In this document: positions 39,526 through 51,813 of the stretch, piece by piece
How positions within the stretch are numbered: the stretch's first letter is position 1
Layout of the letters: the number at the start of each line of letters is the position of its first letter
NCBI RefSeq assembly: GCF_006345805.1
Contig: NC_042998.1
Coordinates: 60,140,001-60,204,000, forward strand
From: Octopus sinensis
Lineage: Eukaryota
Reading direction: 5' to 3'
DNA: 64,000 nucleotides
Position numbers and translations under genes: made by a program
The notes under the pieces: model-generated
Told to the model about the DNA's origin: nothing
Databases searched by the model: none
What the model saw: only the letters and a program-made list of their open reading frames with translations

Positions 39526-39551
39526 TGCATGAAAGTACACGTAAGTACTTT

Positions 39552-39614
<63 letters not shown>

Positions 39615-40149
39615 GTGTTTGGGTGAGCGTGTGCATGTTTGTGCGTAACAGGGAGAGAGAGAGATCCCTATCATTTCGTATATTGCTTAGGAAAATCAGG
39701 TTTTACTTATCATGCTTATTATGTTTTAAGGTCTGCCAAAAAACAATGGGAATTGTTTTCGCTAAAAAATTAAGACTCTGGTTGGTATTCCTATATCTGA
39801 TTTTTTTGGTTTTAGTTGATTGAGCTGGGACTTTGCCTTGAAGAATTTCAATTGAACATATCGAACCCAATTGTTTTTAAACCTCTTATTTAATGTATCG
39901 ATCTGCTTTGTATCCAAATGCTTTTAACCAGTAGCAGAAACTGGAAAATCTTCGTGTTTTATTTGTATTGTGCCGTTGAATTTTAGCCTTTTGTTTTGTT
40001 TTTGCTATTTTTCTTTGAGTTGTAAAATATTAAAGAGATGTTGAGGATAACAAATCAACTATAAAGATACATAATTTTAAAGATCTTCCCTTTTTGACAC
40101 GTTGATTATCAAAAAGGCTCTTAAATTTAGAAGCAACTAGTTATAGCCT

Positions 40150-40361
40150 TTTATCTTTTACTAGTTTCAGTCATTAGACTGAGGCCATGCTAGGGCACCG
40201 CGATGAAGAATTTTTAGTCGAATGAATCGACTCTATTTCTCATCTTTTCTTAAACCTGGCGTTTATTCTGTCGGTCTCTAATACCGAACGGATAAGTTAT
40301 GTGGACGTAAACACATGCACACACACACACATACATACATACATACACACTCTCACACTCT

Positions 40362-40407
<46 letters not shown>

Positions 40408-40565
40408 CACTTCTTTCAATTTCCGTCTACCATATCCACAAAAGATTTTGGGTCGGCCCGAGGCTATAGTAGAAGACACTTGCCCAAAGTGCCACGCAGT
40501 GGGACTGAGCCCGGAACCATGTGGCGGAGAAGCAAACTTCTTACCACACAGACACTCCGGCGCCT
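40150..40565 (-). mobile_element. SINE, near full length
   Basis: Reverse-complement head (cttaccacacagacactccggcgcct) and body of the family, with an internal (CA)n/(TA)n. Confidence 0.8.
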
Positions 40566-40719
40566 ATATAGGTAACTGATGAATATTAAAATACTATTTA
40601 TGAAATCATTTTTTTCTAACGTAAATCGTATTTCATTTATTGTGGTTTACAGGAAAGGAAATTGTAATTGGATCTCTGATTCCTGTACTATGAAAATTTT
40701 GAGATTTTTATCCAATATA

Positions 40720-40865
40720 TATTTCTCTATTGCCCACAAGGGGCTAAATATAGAGGGGACAAACAAGGACAGACAAAGGGATTAAGTCGATTACATCTAC
40801 CCCAGTACATAACTGGTACTTTATTTATCGACCCTTGAAAGATGAAAGGCAAAGTCGACTTCGAG
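40720..40865 (-). mobile_element. SINE 3' fragment: central domain plus tail ending tttagccccttgtgggcaatagagaaata
   Basis: The minus strand gactttgcctttcatctttcaagggtcgataaataaagtaccagtt matches the central domain of the SINE at 43085-43130. The tail differs from that copy and matches the ORF1-only elements. Confidence 0.7.
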
Positions 40866-41084
40866 ATCTTTAGCCAATATAGCTGACTTGGTAGCCAGCA
40901 TTTGTCGCGCGATAGTGTCTTTCATTCAATACACAACTAGGATCTTATGTTGTGTTTGAGGATTGCCTTCAACATGTTTTAAGTTCAAAATACGATCCAG
41001 GTTCTGACCAACCGAGAACATCAGCAATATATTCCGAAAGACGATTTTAAAATCAGTATTGTTTATTAGTTAATTAAATCGTGA

Positions 41085-41405
41085 AGACGCGTGACTTAGT
41101 GGTTAGGGTATTCGGCTCACGACCTCACGATCGTGAGTTATTTTCCCGGCAGCGCTTTGTGTCCTTGAGCAAGACACTTAATTTGACGTTGCTCAAGTCC
41201 ACTAAACTGGCAAATTGAATAGTATCTGTAGGTCAAACGGCCAGTCTTGTCATATTTTATGTCACGCTGAATCTCCCTGGGAATAACGTTAAGAGAACAT
41301 GTGTCTGTGGAGTGCTCAGCCACTTTCATGAGCAGGCTGTTTAATTTCACGCGCAGGTTATTCCGATGATTGGATCAACTGTAACCCTTGTCGTTGTACT
41401 CGACA
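41085..41405 (+). mobile_element. tRNA-derived SINE (second type)
   Basis: A-box-like gtgacttagtggttagg, then gtgtccttgagcaagacacttaatttgacgttgctc. Confidence 0.65.
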
Positions 41406-41799
41406 CAGTGCGAAACTGCCACTAATTAACTCCTTTTCATTCATTAGACTCGGGATTTTGATGAAAAAGCTACAAATTCTGATGGTATCAAATTTAACTC
41501 TGGTATAAATAAGCTCGCTCAATTAACGATATCAAGTTGGAATTGATCGAGAGAAAAACGTCTGATCTGTTTTTAATAAGTATCATGCTGGGTAATATGT
41601 ATGATGTTTTATCCATGTATACGCGTGTACATATGTAGGGATTGTTTTTAAGAAACTGTGCGTTTGTGAACATCTGTGTATGTGTGCGCGCGAAGACATA
41701 TCTGTGTGTTTGAGTATGTTAATTGCTGCGAACTATGTAATGCAAATACCTTTTCAAGAAGATAGAGACAGTAGGTGAAGGCCATTCTGTATACTTACA

Positions 41800-42182
41800 G
41801 CTGTTACTCCTTTCAGTCACGAGACTGCAGCTATGCCGAAGCACCGCCCTGAAGAATTTTAGTCAAGCAAATAGTAGACCCCGGTACTATTTATATTAAA
41901 GCCAAGTACTTATTCCATCTGTCACTTTTGTCGAACAGTTAATTTACAGTTACGTAAATACACCAGCTCTGGTTGTCAAGAGGTCCAAACACAGACACAA
42001 AGACACACACACACTCACACACACGACGGTTTCTTTCAGCTTCCGCCTTCCAAATCCACTCACAAGTCTTTGGTCGGCTCGAGGCTATAGGAAATGACAC
42101 TTACAGAAGTGAGACTTACACTTATGGAATGAGGTTGAACCTTAGACCATGAGATCGGGAAGGGAGCTTCATACCACACAGC
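41800..42182 (-). mobile_element. SINE, decayed
   Basis: Reverse-complement body (gactgcagctatgc...aaatccactcacaag..ttggtcggctcgaggctatag) and head (cataccacacagc). Confidence 0.7.
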
Positions 42183-42985
42183 TATATAGCTTTAAACAGT
42201 CAAGTTGCAACTTAATGTCTTCGACTTAGTACAGTCCTAACTTCCATCCGGATTCGTTTTCGAGATTCTTAAATCTGCAAAAAGAAGAGTGTAGTACACT
42301 TTTGGCCTAGACAGAAATATCTACCTCCCATCCATGGTCATGTGGTAACCATTCAGTTATTTTGAAACCCATTGTTGGTAATGAGAACCAAAGTCGTATT
42401 TTCTATTAAATAATCCTAGAACATATTTTCAATGAGTCATCGTTGTAAACAACAATAAGAAGAAAATTGCTCACATTGGAATATTGAGTACAAAAGGAAA
42501 AAGAAAGAGAAAGAGAAATTAGCATTACATCACACAGCACATTCTGTTTAACAATGATATGTAACAAGATGACTTTTTAACCAGTATTGTTTGTGGATTA
42601 GTTTTGAAAGGTGTACGTTTGGATTAGATCAAGGAAGCTTCGAAGTAATATATAATTGTGTAGCTGAACACAATGGCAACATTTTTCTATATTCTCTAAA
42701 CAGATGTTTTAACACTCAATGAATTCTAAATACTTGGCATACAATTGTTGTTTTAATCATTAGATTGCACAGAAATCGTAATTTTATTTACCATTCACCT
42801 GGAAACTCCAGATTTCCGTTTGAATAATAAGAATTATGGCTATCATATAGCTGGTGATGTTAATTGTGAAGTGATATGATCTTTATCTTACTTTTCCCAG
42901 CTCTTTATGTTCAAAGTTCAAATGTACCCTTCCCTCAAAAAGTGGCCGACCTTATGCCAAAATAAAAAAAAAGCATTTTATCAGC

Positions 42986-43200
42986 AAGACGGCAAGTTAG
43001 CAGAATCATTTGTGCGCCGGACAAAATGCTAAGAGACATTTCTTCCGGCTCTTACGTTGAGTTCAAATTCTGCAGAGTCGATTTGCCGTTCATCCCTTCG
43101 GGTTCGATTAAATAAGTACCAGTTAAACATTGGGTCGATGCAATCGACTAGTCTCGTCTCACCAAATTTCAGGCTTTGTACCTTTAGTAGAAAGGATTAT
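42986..43200 (+). mobile_element. tRNA-derived SINE (third type) ending in a (TAT) tail
   Basis: ggcaagttagcagaatc...gagttcaaattc (B-box-like), then the central domain gccgttcatcccttcgggttcgattaaataagtaccagtt. Confidence 0.6.
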
Positions 43201-43235
43201 TATTGTTGTTATTATTATTATTATCATTATTATTA

Positions 43236-43779
43236 TGTGAGAGAGCAGCGCGTGTCATCAGAGTGACACTGGGGAGAAATATACGAAGTGCAGTATACCC
43301 ATCATGACTACCCGTCTGATAAGGGTACACTAGGCACATTCATCTCAACCATATGTGTGCGACATGTTGATCTCATTTCAAGATAAACAGTACATGACCT
43401 TGCAGGTGGGGCCCAGTTAAATTTTCTTCTGGTCGAGTAACCCATCCCGTTCAAAAGGTCCCTCAATAAGGGTTGTTTAAGGATGTTGAACGAAACACCC
43501 ATGTTTCCAGAGGTGAACCATTCAAATCCCAAAGAATCCCTCTCAATACATGACTCTGATACTCCACCACTACTTCTGCTCGTGATCAGAGATGCTCATA
43601 TCGTCATTACATGCTCAACTGGTTAAGGTCAAACAACTGACAAGCAAATCTGTGGTATTGAGCAGAATATTTGCTGTAGCCCATCTTTTATACCAAGACA
43701 AAACAATGTACATGATAACACTTCCTATCAGTTAAGGTCAGAAGTCATGGAGCCAGTCTGGTACTGCATCAGGGCATTT

Positions 43780-43780
<1 letters not shown>
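43236..43780. repeat. Dispersed unclassified repeat; second copy at ~59848-60270
   Basis: Long alignment (gagagagcag...gacactgggg...atacccatcatgacta...aaggtcaaacaactgacaag). Both copies abut (TAT)n on the left. Confidence 0.75.
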
Positions 43781-43826
<46 letters not shown>

Positions 43827-45423
43827 CGTTGTTGTTGTTGCTGTTGTTGTTGTTGCTGTTGTTGTTCTTCTTCTTCTTTCCCAACAGTGTAGGTAAATAT
43901 GCACCAGTCTTTAGTCATCTGTCAAATCACAACAAGGACCTCAGACAGATAATACTTTCCTTAAAATGTGCATTGTGCCCAATATGGCTGCTTTTTGCAA
44001 TATATCAATCTTGCATGGGATTTCTATTTGCCTTAAGAAGTTTTGAAGTTTCAATAGCATTGATCACAACACTCCGATCACCACTGGTATCACTGTTACA
44101 TTACCCTCTCGAATTCCATAGTCTTGCCATTTCCAACCTCTTTATTCACAACATCCGTCATTTGGTATGGCTACATGAATGATCTAACATTATTTGTCTC
44201 TCGTTTTCAATATGACAATATCAGGCCGACGGTTTTCGATTACACGTTCCGTCTGAAAATCATAGTCCCAGAGTATCTTTACTTTTCCATCATCCTGCCT
44301 AACTTTACCTGGTACATGCTTATGCCAGTTCTCTGATACGTCATATTAGTATTTACAGCATAAGAGCCAATGAAGATACACACACTTTATCGTGGCGGCG
44401 CTTGTATTCTCTTTGTGCAAGGCTCTCACAACCATTTACCAAGTGGGTCACATTTTCCACACTTTTTCCACAGAGTCGACATTTCTGGATGTCAGAAGTT
44501 TCATAGATGTTATACTTTACTGAATTGTTAGCGAGAACCAGGTCTTGTGTAGCAATGATCAGGCTTTCGGTGGCACGCTTCAAATCACCTCGCTCAAGCC
44601 ATACCTACGATGGTGTAATATCCTTAATGTCTTGTGTCTTCCTTTCAAACTGTCCATGCATTCTCATTTCAAGAAAGTCTTCTTTTCTCTTCCCCTCAGT
44701 TCTTTGGTTAAACTCTTCCTTGCTCATCATTTCATCCGCATTTATACCCATATCTTTTGCGGCATATTGCAGCAGGTCTTCATCACTATTTATCAAATAA
44801 TCTGCAAGCGTTCTCTTTTCTCTCCTTATACAATAATCGATAATAATTACTAAATGCACCAGCACTGGTTGTCTAGCGGTTCCAGTACAGACACAAAGAC
44901 ACACACAAACACACCACACACACACATACACACACACACATTCTTTCCTTTCATGTAAGTCTGTTTACGTTTGCTTTAGGGCGTAGCGCCCCATGCAGCG
45001 TCATCAACTTTTTCGTCTTTCTATCCATTGTTGATATTTCTTCCTTACTCCATTTGAGGATGGACGCACTATATCTGACCACCGCAACTGCTCAGATATT
45101 CATCGCGGAATCACATTTGTGGCATTCAGGTTGGATTTCAACACCATCTTCACCCTATCTTGATATACCTCGCTGACCTTACCTCATCGGTAACCCATTT
45201 TAACTTACCCAAATTTCATTGTTATGGGTATTAGTGCAATTACAAAAAGTAGCGGAGAAAACAGGTCTCCTTGGAAGATTCCCCTTTTAATATTAACTTC
45301 TCCAAAGAATACATTAGTTGAGTACAATTTGGTTTTCCCCTCTTACATGCTATGCAGCAGAAAATTTGTGATGTTATCAGCTGCACCAAACATCTGCAGG
45401 CATTCAACGATCCAAAAATGAGG

Positions 45424-47100
45424 TCTGGTACTAGATCGATCCCAAAGCTGAATCAGTGCTGCGTGTTGAGTTAGTGAATTATTGTGAATTATTTGTGAAT
45501 TATCGTTTGACGAAGGCGAAGGTTGTTAGTATTGTTGCATTTGCTGTTCTTGTTCCCCATTTGGAGGGAAAAGAGTAACTTAGTTCCTCCAGTATGGAGG
45601 GCTATGCAAGAGCAGCTGCGGCAAGAGCAGCTGCGGCAAGGGCAGCCGTATCACTAAAAGCAAGGCCAATTAATGTGGACAAAGAAGAAATTTTCTAAGA
45701 AGGGAAAGCGATAACATCAATTTAATCCCGCCCAGAAGATAGAAGCTGCAAAACAATAATTTACAGGACACAAGCGGTCACCACCAAAAAGAGAGAGTAA
45801 CAGGGGAAGAAATTGAAGAGTGCCTAGGCGAAATTGTTAAAAAAGCAACATATATTGACTGAGGAAAAAAATTTGGCACGGTGGAGGTGAGGTTTCCCAC
45901 AATGGAAGAGGCAGTCTCACATTCCCTCATAATTCTGAGACCAGAGAAAATAGCATTACTACCCACTTACAAGGGAAGAATTAGTTTCAGAATAAGGATA
46001 TCAAGAGTGCCACCAGAAATCAAAACAGAGTGGTTGGTTGCAGAGAACAACCCTGCGCTGGGATTTATAGGAGAGACAGATAAGTTAAACTGATTGGGGT
46101 TCGGTGTCGAAATATGGCTTGTTGCCACATTTGAAGACAAAGAAAGAATCCCCTACCAGATTGAAATTGAGGAAGAGAATACATTTAATGTGGTGGTAGA
46201 GGGACGTAAGCCAAATTGTTACATATGCGGAGTGAGAGGCCTAATAAGGACCGAGAGCCCTTTAAACGAATTCTCATGTAACAAAAAGGAAAAGGAGCAA
46301 AGAAAAGAACAGATAAAATCACAAACAAAGGAGAAACTACAAACAGAGGAAAATAAAATTGAGAAAAAATCCAAACAGAGGAAGAAAAAATAGAGGAAGA
46401 GGAGGATTGTACCCAGAAAGCCAAAAAGAAGAAAAGTGAGGAGGAGTGAACGGTATGGTCAGCCCCCACCACCACCACCAAAAAAAAAGGAAAAAATCGA
46501 AAGTAAAAGAACAGTCGGTAGAACGAAGAAAAGGTTAGGAAGGATGTGAGACTGAGAATGTACAAAAGAGGGAAAAAAGAAAAACAAAGTTTGATCGAGG
46601 TAAGTTTCAGGGTGTCGTGGTTATATACAAAGAATATGTGAAAGCGGAAAGAATAGTTGAGAAAATGGGAAAACTGGTGAAAGTGAAGTTGTCGGAAGAC
46701 AATTTTTATGTAGACGATAGGGAAATTGCTGAAATTGCAAATTTTGTGACAAGTTTTTTATTGCCAGAGATTCCAATCTCGGAAATCGAATATGAGGAGT
46801 TGAAAAAATCAGACTTAAACTGTGTGTAAAATGTGAAGTAAAAAAAGACAACAGAAATGTGGATTCATTATATGAAAAAGAAAAAAAAACTGCCGAAATG
46901 TAACCACTCGATTTCGAGGATCGAGTGGGCATGCGTCTCATTTTATACTCTTTTCATACTACCATTCGTTTCTTTTAATTTTTTTTCTATCTTTATTTCA
47001 TCTTCTTTTGTATTTTAAGTTCCTCAATTTTATCTTTGTATAAGTTTGTCTTGTAATTGATTATTCTGTATTTAGCCCCTTGTAGATAATAAATGAAATA
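45424..47100 (+). mobile_element. ORF1-only non-LTR retroelement, copy E1 (HAL1-like), with 15-bp TSD
   Basis: TSD gatccaaaa(a/t)tgagg at 45409-45423 and 47101-47115. The host LINE RT frame resumes across it. Decayed ORF from ATG 45594. T-rich 3' region ending ccccttgtagataataaatgaaata. Confidence 0.85.
45594..46830 (+). pseudogene. LINE ORF1-like protein (RRM-like fold plus degenerate CCHC knuckle), with stops and frameshifts
   Basis: KTIIYRT..., GKKFGTVEVRFPTMEEA, ALLPTYKGR, RVPPEIKTEWL, VVVEGRKPNCYICGVRG(L)IRTE(S)P. Aligns by eye with the 48594 ORF. Confidence 0.75.
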
Positions 47101-48518
47101 GATCCAAAATTGAGGCACCATATCATATGCCTTCGTTAAGTCAATCCAAGCCATAGACATGTTTGTCTTTTTACAACGCTTCAAAACTGTTTTATCGATG
47201 ACCAGGTGATCCTTGGTACCCTAAGAACTCTTCTTACATCCTTTGTGTTCCCTTGGTAGTATTTCCCCCTGTGTCAGGAAAGTCTATATCTTTGCCGCAC
47301 ATATTCCAGTGAGTATTTTCCAGATTATGTTTAGGCATGCTATGGGACGGTAGTTTCTCACAATATTCCCATTTCTTCTATCTTTCATTACAAGTGCTGT
47401 CCTCTCAGTCACCATCCTCGCGGGAACTTACCTTTCTGGACACACTCATTCAATTGGTCTGATAGTCTTTCATGCACCGCGTGGCATCTCTTCGGTCAGA
47501 AACCATGAATTCTATCTAGTCCGGGGGCTTTCCAGTTACGCACTTTACCCACTCGTTCTTTCACGTCAACTGATGCTTATGACAATAATCCTTTGATTCT
47601 TTCCTCCTAGTAATTCTGTCTTGATAGTTCCTATCCACATTGCATCCCTTTTATGCACCAACTTGGTTCCCCATAATCCACTCCACAACTCCTTGGCTTG
47701 ATTTGCAACAGGTACAACATTTTCCCCATTGTCTACTTCTGACGTTCGAAAGAATTGCTTCGGCATATTTTTGAACAATCTGTTCTCCTCGACTACTTAT
47801 TTCTGTTCACAAATCTTCTGGCTTTTTGCACTGATGCTCTGTTTAAACTGCTCTGTTATGGCATCAAATCCGTTCTTCCGTATTTTATACTTCTCTAACT
47901 TTTTCTCGGTCGGTCATTTTCCCATTTTTTCAGTTTCTTCTTAACCATTCAATTTTTCCTAGATCTTGCCTTGCCTGCATTATGTCCCTTTCAATGCGTC
48001 GTTTCTATCATGGTTCTTTTGCTCCACCATTTTTTGTTCTCTTAAGTAGCGCAAGAGCTCGGAGAAGATTCCTAGTCTGTGTTATGTACTCCGTCTGAAT
48101 GCATGGTATAATAGCATTTATATTTTGTGCTACTTTATTTATCATACTCCTGTCTACCCTTCTCATATTCATGGGGAATTTTCTTCTGGAGCATTCATCA
48201 AGTCGGGCAGTCGTCAAGCAATTCATTTTCTAGTTGGTTCATTCCCCCTGCATGTCCATCCACCACAGTATCAGGAGGAGGGGGTCAATGCGGTGGGGAT
48301 GTAACAGCAAAAAGATCCAAAACATCCATGGGAGATAACGAAAATTCAAGAGTGGTCTAATTATATTTATACAATTACCTTTGAACTTGTTTCAATTTAT
48401 TTTGACGGATCATGTTTCCAACCAACTTAGGTTTCATTTACTGTGATGTTTAGCATGCAGAGGTTAAAAAAAGAATGAGATAGGCGAAGTGTGGCTGTGT
48501 GGCAAGAAGCTTGCTTCC

Positions 48519-50440
48519 GGTTAGCCAGAGTTCATTTGGTTTGTTGTTTGTGTTTGTTACAGACGTTGATTTTTGTTACTGCGGTGAGAGACAATGTACT
48601 CAGACTTTAGCGGGTCTGAGTTGTCTTCATCGGAGGAGGAGCTGCTGAAGGCAGTGAGAAGAATGGACAGAATATTGGAGAAAACAAGAAGGTTTTCTGA
48701 GGCGGCGGAGGTGAAGAGAAAGGACGTAGACCTGGTTGGACTGAAGGAATATGGAAAAATAACGCAGAAGGTGGGTGGCGACGTGAAGTTTTCGCCGCCT
48801 AAAAGAATTATGGAGCAAATGCAGAGGAGCACTCTCACTTATAGGGTGCACTCGCTGAAGAACAAAAGAGCTGAACAGGTGGACATGGAAATAATAGAAA
48901 AAGCGCTAACGAAGCAGTCAAACCAAATTATGTATATAACCAAAGGATGTAAATACGGGACAGTGGTCTTCCAGTTTAGGACTGTGGAAGAGGCGAGGAA
49001 GCTGGTGAGGTGGCTGGCGAGTGTGGCTGTGAGGACGGAAGAGGTGGCGCTTCTACCCACATATCTTGATACCATAACCATAACCGTATTCTCGAAAAAG
49101 ATAATTGAAAAAGAGCTAGCAGACTATATATCAGGTACTAAATATATCTCTCGGGTGGGGGGCGGATTTGCAACGGTGTGGTTGCTGTTTAACTCCCGCG
49201 AAGAAGCTTGCGAATTAGCAAACCAGCTCCTGGAGGATAGTGAAATTTTATTCCTTCCCACTTATTGTGGGAAGAAGTTGACGAGGGCTTGGGTCTGCGG
49301 TTTGCCACCTGGAATTGAACCCGATTGGATAGAAGACACTATTCGCCGGGGTCTGGGTGGCAGCAGTACCAAGCTACTCGATGAGAAAATTTTGCCTGCG
49401 GCTGATTGGGAGAGGTCAAAAGCTGTTTTGTCTCTATGGACTCAATCAGCCGAAAATCTGGTTTTTCCAGATTTTTTTAGGATGGCCGAGTCAAGGTACC
49501 CGGTAATGCTTGAGGGACGCCCCACCCCTCCAAGTGTCACCTGTACCTGGAACCAGGTCATATCAAGCAGAACTGCTCCAAGGACCAAAATAGGATACTT
49601 GAACAGTTAATAGAAGTGCCACTCCCTGCTCCCTAATTGAAGGAAGTCGAGGAGGTAGAAGCCTCCTCGAAAAAAGGAAGAAAACGAAAGGTGGGCAACA
49701 ATGGTTACCCACCGAAGGAGCCGATTGCTGCGGTAAAAGGGAGGATCTGCTGGACAAGGCGGAGGAACTCCACCCTCCCGTGGCTCAAAGGAAAAAAAGT
49801 GAAAAAAAGAAAAATGGGTCATCTCCTGCGGTTGGTGATACACTGCCAGTGTGTACCGAAGCATCTTTGGTGGGAGTTGTGCCACCAAAGTTGGAGACTG
49901 TACAGCCCCTTCATGACACGAAGGAGGAATCTGTGGTCCTCTTCCACAAGGGAGGGACAGTGGAGAGCTTTGTTGGTAAGCTCAAAACGAAGGGCCGAAG
50001 GGAGGGGATCCTGTTCTGCACGGAGGACCCTGACTAGTCTTTTCGGGTGGATGTGAAGGTCATGAGGAAGACCGACCTGTTCCGGATAATGGATTCCTAT
50101 AGATTTCTGTTGAATGGGCCCTACTTGCAACCGTCAAGGTGTTTTTCTGAGGCGTGGAGTCGTGTCAGGCAAGAAGATTCTAATTTTGATATTACCTCAA
50201 AGTGGCTTCATATGTAGTCAATGTAAGAGATGTAATGCCTCCTCAATGTTGTTTTTGTTGTTCATTGCCTCGAAATGTGTTATAAAAGAACAATGAGCTC
50301 GGATATACATCTATCGGCGGGCGTTGCTGTTGCCCACATTTTTCACCATTTCATTTGTCATTCATATCATTATGTGTGTTTGTCCAGCCCGCAGCTTCCT
50401 TTATGTGTAAGGCCCTTGTGGCCAATTAAATGAAATAAAA
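48519..50440 (+). mobile_element. ORF1-only non-LTR retroelement, copy E2 (HAL1-like), with 12-bp TSD
   Basis: TSD aagcttgcttcc at 48507-48518 and 50441-50452. Ends ggcccttgtggccaattaaatgaaataaaa. No APE or RT motifs seen inside. Confidence 0.88.
48594..49610 (+). CDS. LINE ORF1-like protein: two tandem RRM-like units, a third conserved block, and a frameshifted zinc knuckle
   Basis: 338-aa open frame. A frameshift near 49525 gives KCHLYLEPGHIKQNCSK (C-x2-[C>Y]-x4-H-x4-C, 49535-49576). Probably continued to ~50200 originally. Confidence 0.7.
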   Translation: MYSDFSGSELSSSEEELLKAVRRMDRILEKTRRFSEAAEVKRKDVDLVGLKEYGKITQKVGGDVKFSPPKRIMEQMQRSTLTYRVHSLKNKRAEQVDMEIIEKALTKQSNQIMYITKGCKYGTVVFQFRTVEEARKLVRWLASVAVRTEEVALLPTYLDTITITVFSKKIIEKELADYISGTKYISRVGGGFATVWLLFNSREEACELANQLLEDSEILFLPTYCGKKLTRAWVCGLPPGIEPDWIEDTIRRGLGGSSTKLLDEKILPAADWERSKAVLSLWTQSAENLVFPDFFRMAESRYPVMLEGRPTPPSVTCTWNQVISSRTAPRTKIGYLNS

Positions 50441-50551
50441 AAGCTTGCTTCCCAACTACATAGTTCCGGTTTCAGTCCCACTGCCTGGCACCTTGGGCGA
50501 GTGTCTTCTACTATAGTCTCGGTAGACAGAAACGGAAAGAAGCTCGTCGTA

Positions 50552-50649
<98 letters not shown>

Positions 50650-51385
50650 CATATATCTATGTGTCTTTGTGTCTTTGTGTCTGTACTTGTCCTCCACCAC
50701 GGGTTGACAGCCGGTGTTGGTATGTTTACGTCCACGTAACATAGTGGTTCGGTAAAAGAGACCGATGGTAAAAATACCAGGCTTAACAATAAATAAGCTC
50801 TGGAGTTGATTCATTCGACTAAAATAATTGCTCACGGCTGTGATCCAGCATGGCCGCTGTCTAATGGCTGAAATAAGTAAAAGAAAAGGAAAGAAAGAAG
50901 CGACATCGATGCTACGGGCTACCAAAGGAGTTGTCATGTCGTAACTTAGCCTGCTCTAAATAGTATTTATATTTTCCTTATGTTACCGCCTGCTGCCTGG
51001 AAAAAAGTTATATCGATATCTCAAATGGAAAGTGTAATATATGATACATACAACCTGAGTGATGGCTGGAACGTTTGCGATCATAAGGTTGGCCGAACAG
51101 TACAAAACTGGGGTTAAGCAACAAAAACTTGTTTTGTATAAAGAATTCAGATACCTATGCGCTTCTTCGTTCGTTTATTTTTTTTTAATTCCTTCTTAAG
51201 TATTTTTATGTGCACATTTGACTATGTAGTTTTTGTTTACTTGCAAAATGTTTGTAGAAGCATCAATAATTCCTTGAATATATGCACAGCAGTGACTAGT
51301 TGTTCTTATTGTTGTTGATGATACTGATGTTCATGATGATGATGATATTTCAAGCTTAATCAACATTAATTGAATAAATTTATGA

Positions 51386-51813
51386 TCAAAAGCGCTTCAC
51401 TTGTGATTCTCTCATTGACTTGGAGAAATCGTTGTCAATCATTGCCCGGATCTCAACAACAAATTCAGGAGTTCTTTTCTTATGAGAACACTCAGACTGT
51501 GTTTTCCGACCTGCCGTACTTTCGTAATCACCATTAAATTCATCCAACCCTTTCCGAATCCTCTGCACTGTCATCATATTGACACCCAAACACTCTGAAA
51601 TGTTTCTATTGGAGCTTCCAGCGCGAATCCCAAGCAGTACAGCATGTCGGTTCCAAATTTCTGGCAGAGTGGATTGCTTCATGGTGTTGTTTTTCTCACA
51701 GACAGTGACCAACTGACCCTACTATACTGTGTAGTCGACAAAATCAAAAAACAATGCGCATGTGCGAAATTAAAAATATACAATGGCAACAATTTACCCA
51801 TCGCATCTATGTA
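51386..51813 (-). mobile_element. Tc1/mariner-superfamily fragment: one TIR-like end and the transposase HTH N-terminus
   Basis: RHAVLLGIRAGSSNRNISECLGVNMMTVQRIRK...KKRTPEFVVEIRAMIDND.SKSMR. TIR-like ta|catagatgcgatgggtaaattgttgcc at ~51785-51813. Confidence 0.7.

Larger units (their letters stand above)
43880..48330 (-). mobile_element. Decayed R4/Dong/NeSL-like RLE LINE (family 3), interrupted by later insertions
   Basis: Minus strand: NYRPIACL, AWIDLTKAYDMVPQFWI, then after the 45424-47100 insertion VECLQMFG..GIFQGDLFSPLLF; CRLCGKSVENVTHLVNGCESLAQREYKRRHD, KILWDYDF..RRPDI, LQKAAILGTMHILRKVLSV* (stop 43941-43943). Confidence 0.85.
48482..50890 (+). mobile_element. SINE split by the E2 insertion (48482-48518 joined to 50453-50890)
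   Basis: Head ...gtggctgtgtggcaagaagcttgcttcc stops at 48518 and resumes as caactacatagttccggtttcagtcccactg at 50453. Confidence 0.9.

Noticed and set aside
40576-40610. CTGATGA...GAAA spacing in AT-rich sequence
   Set aside because: No credible stems I or III; expected by chance at this AT content.
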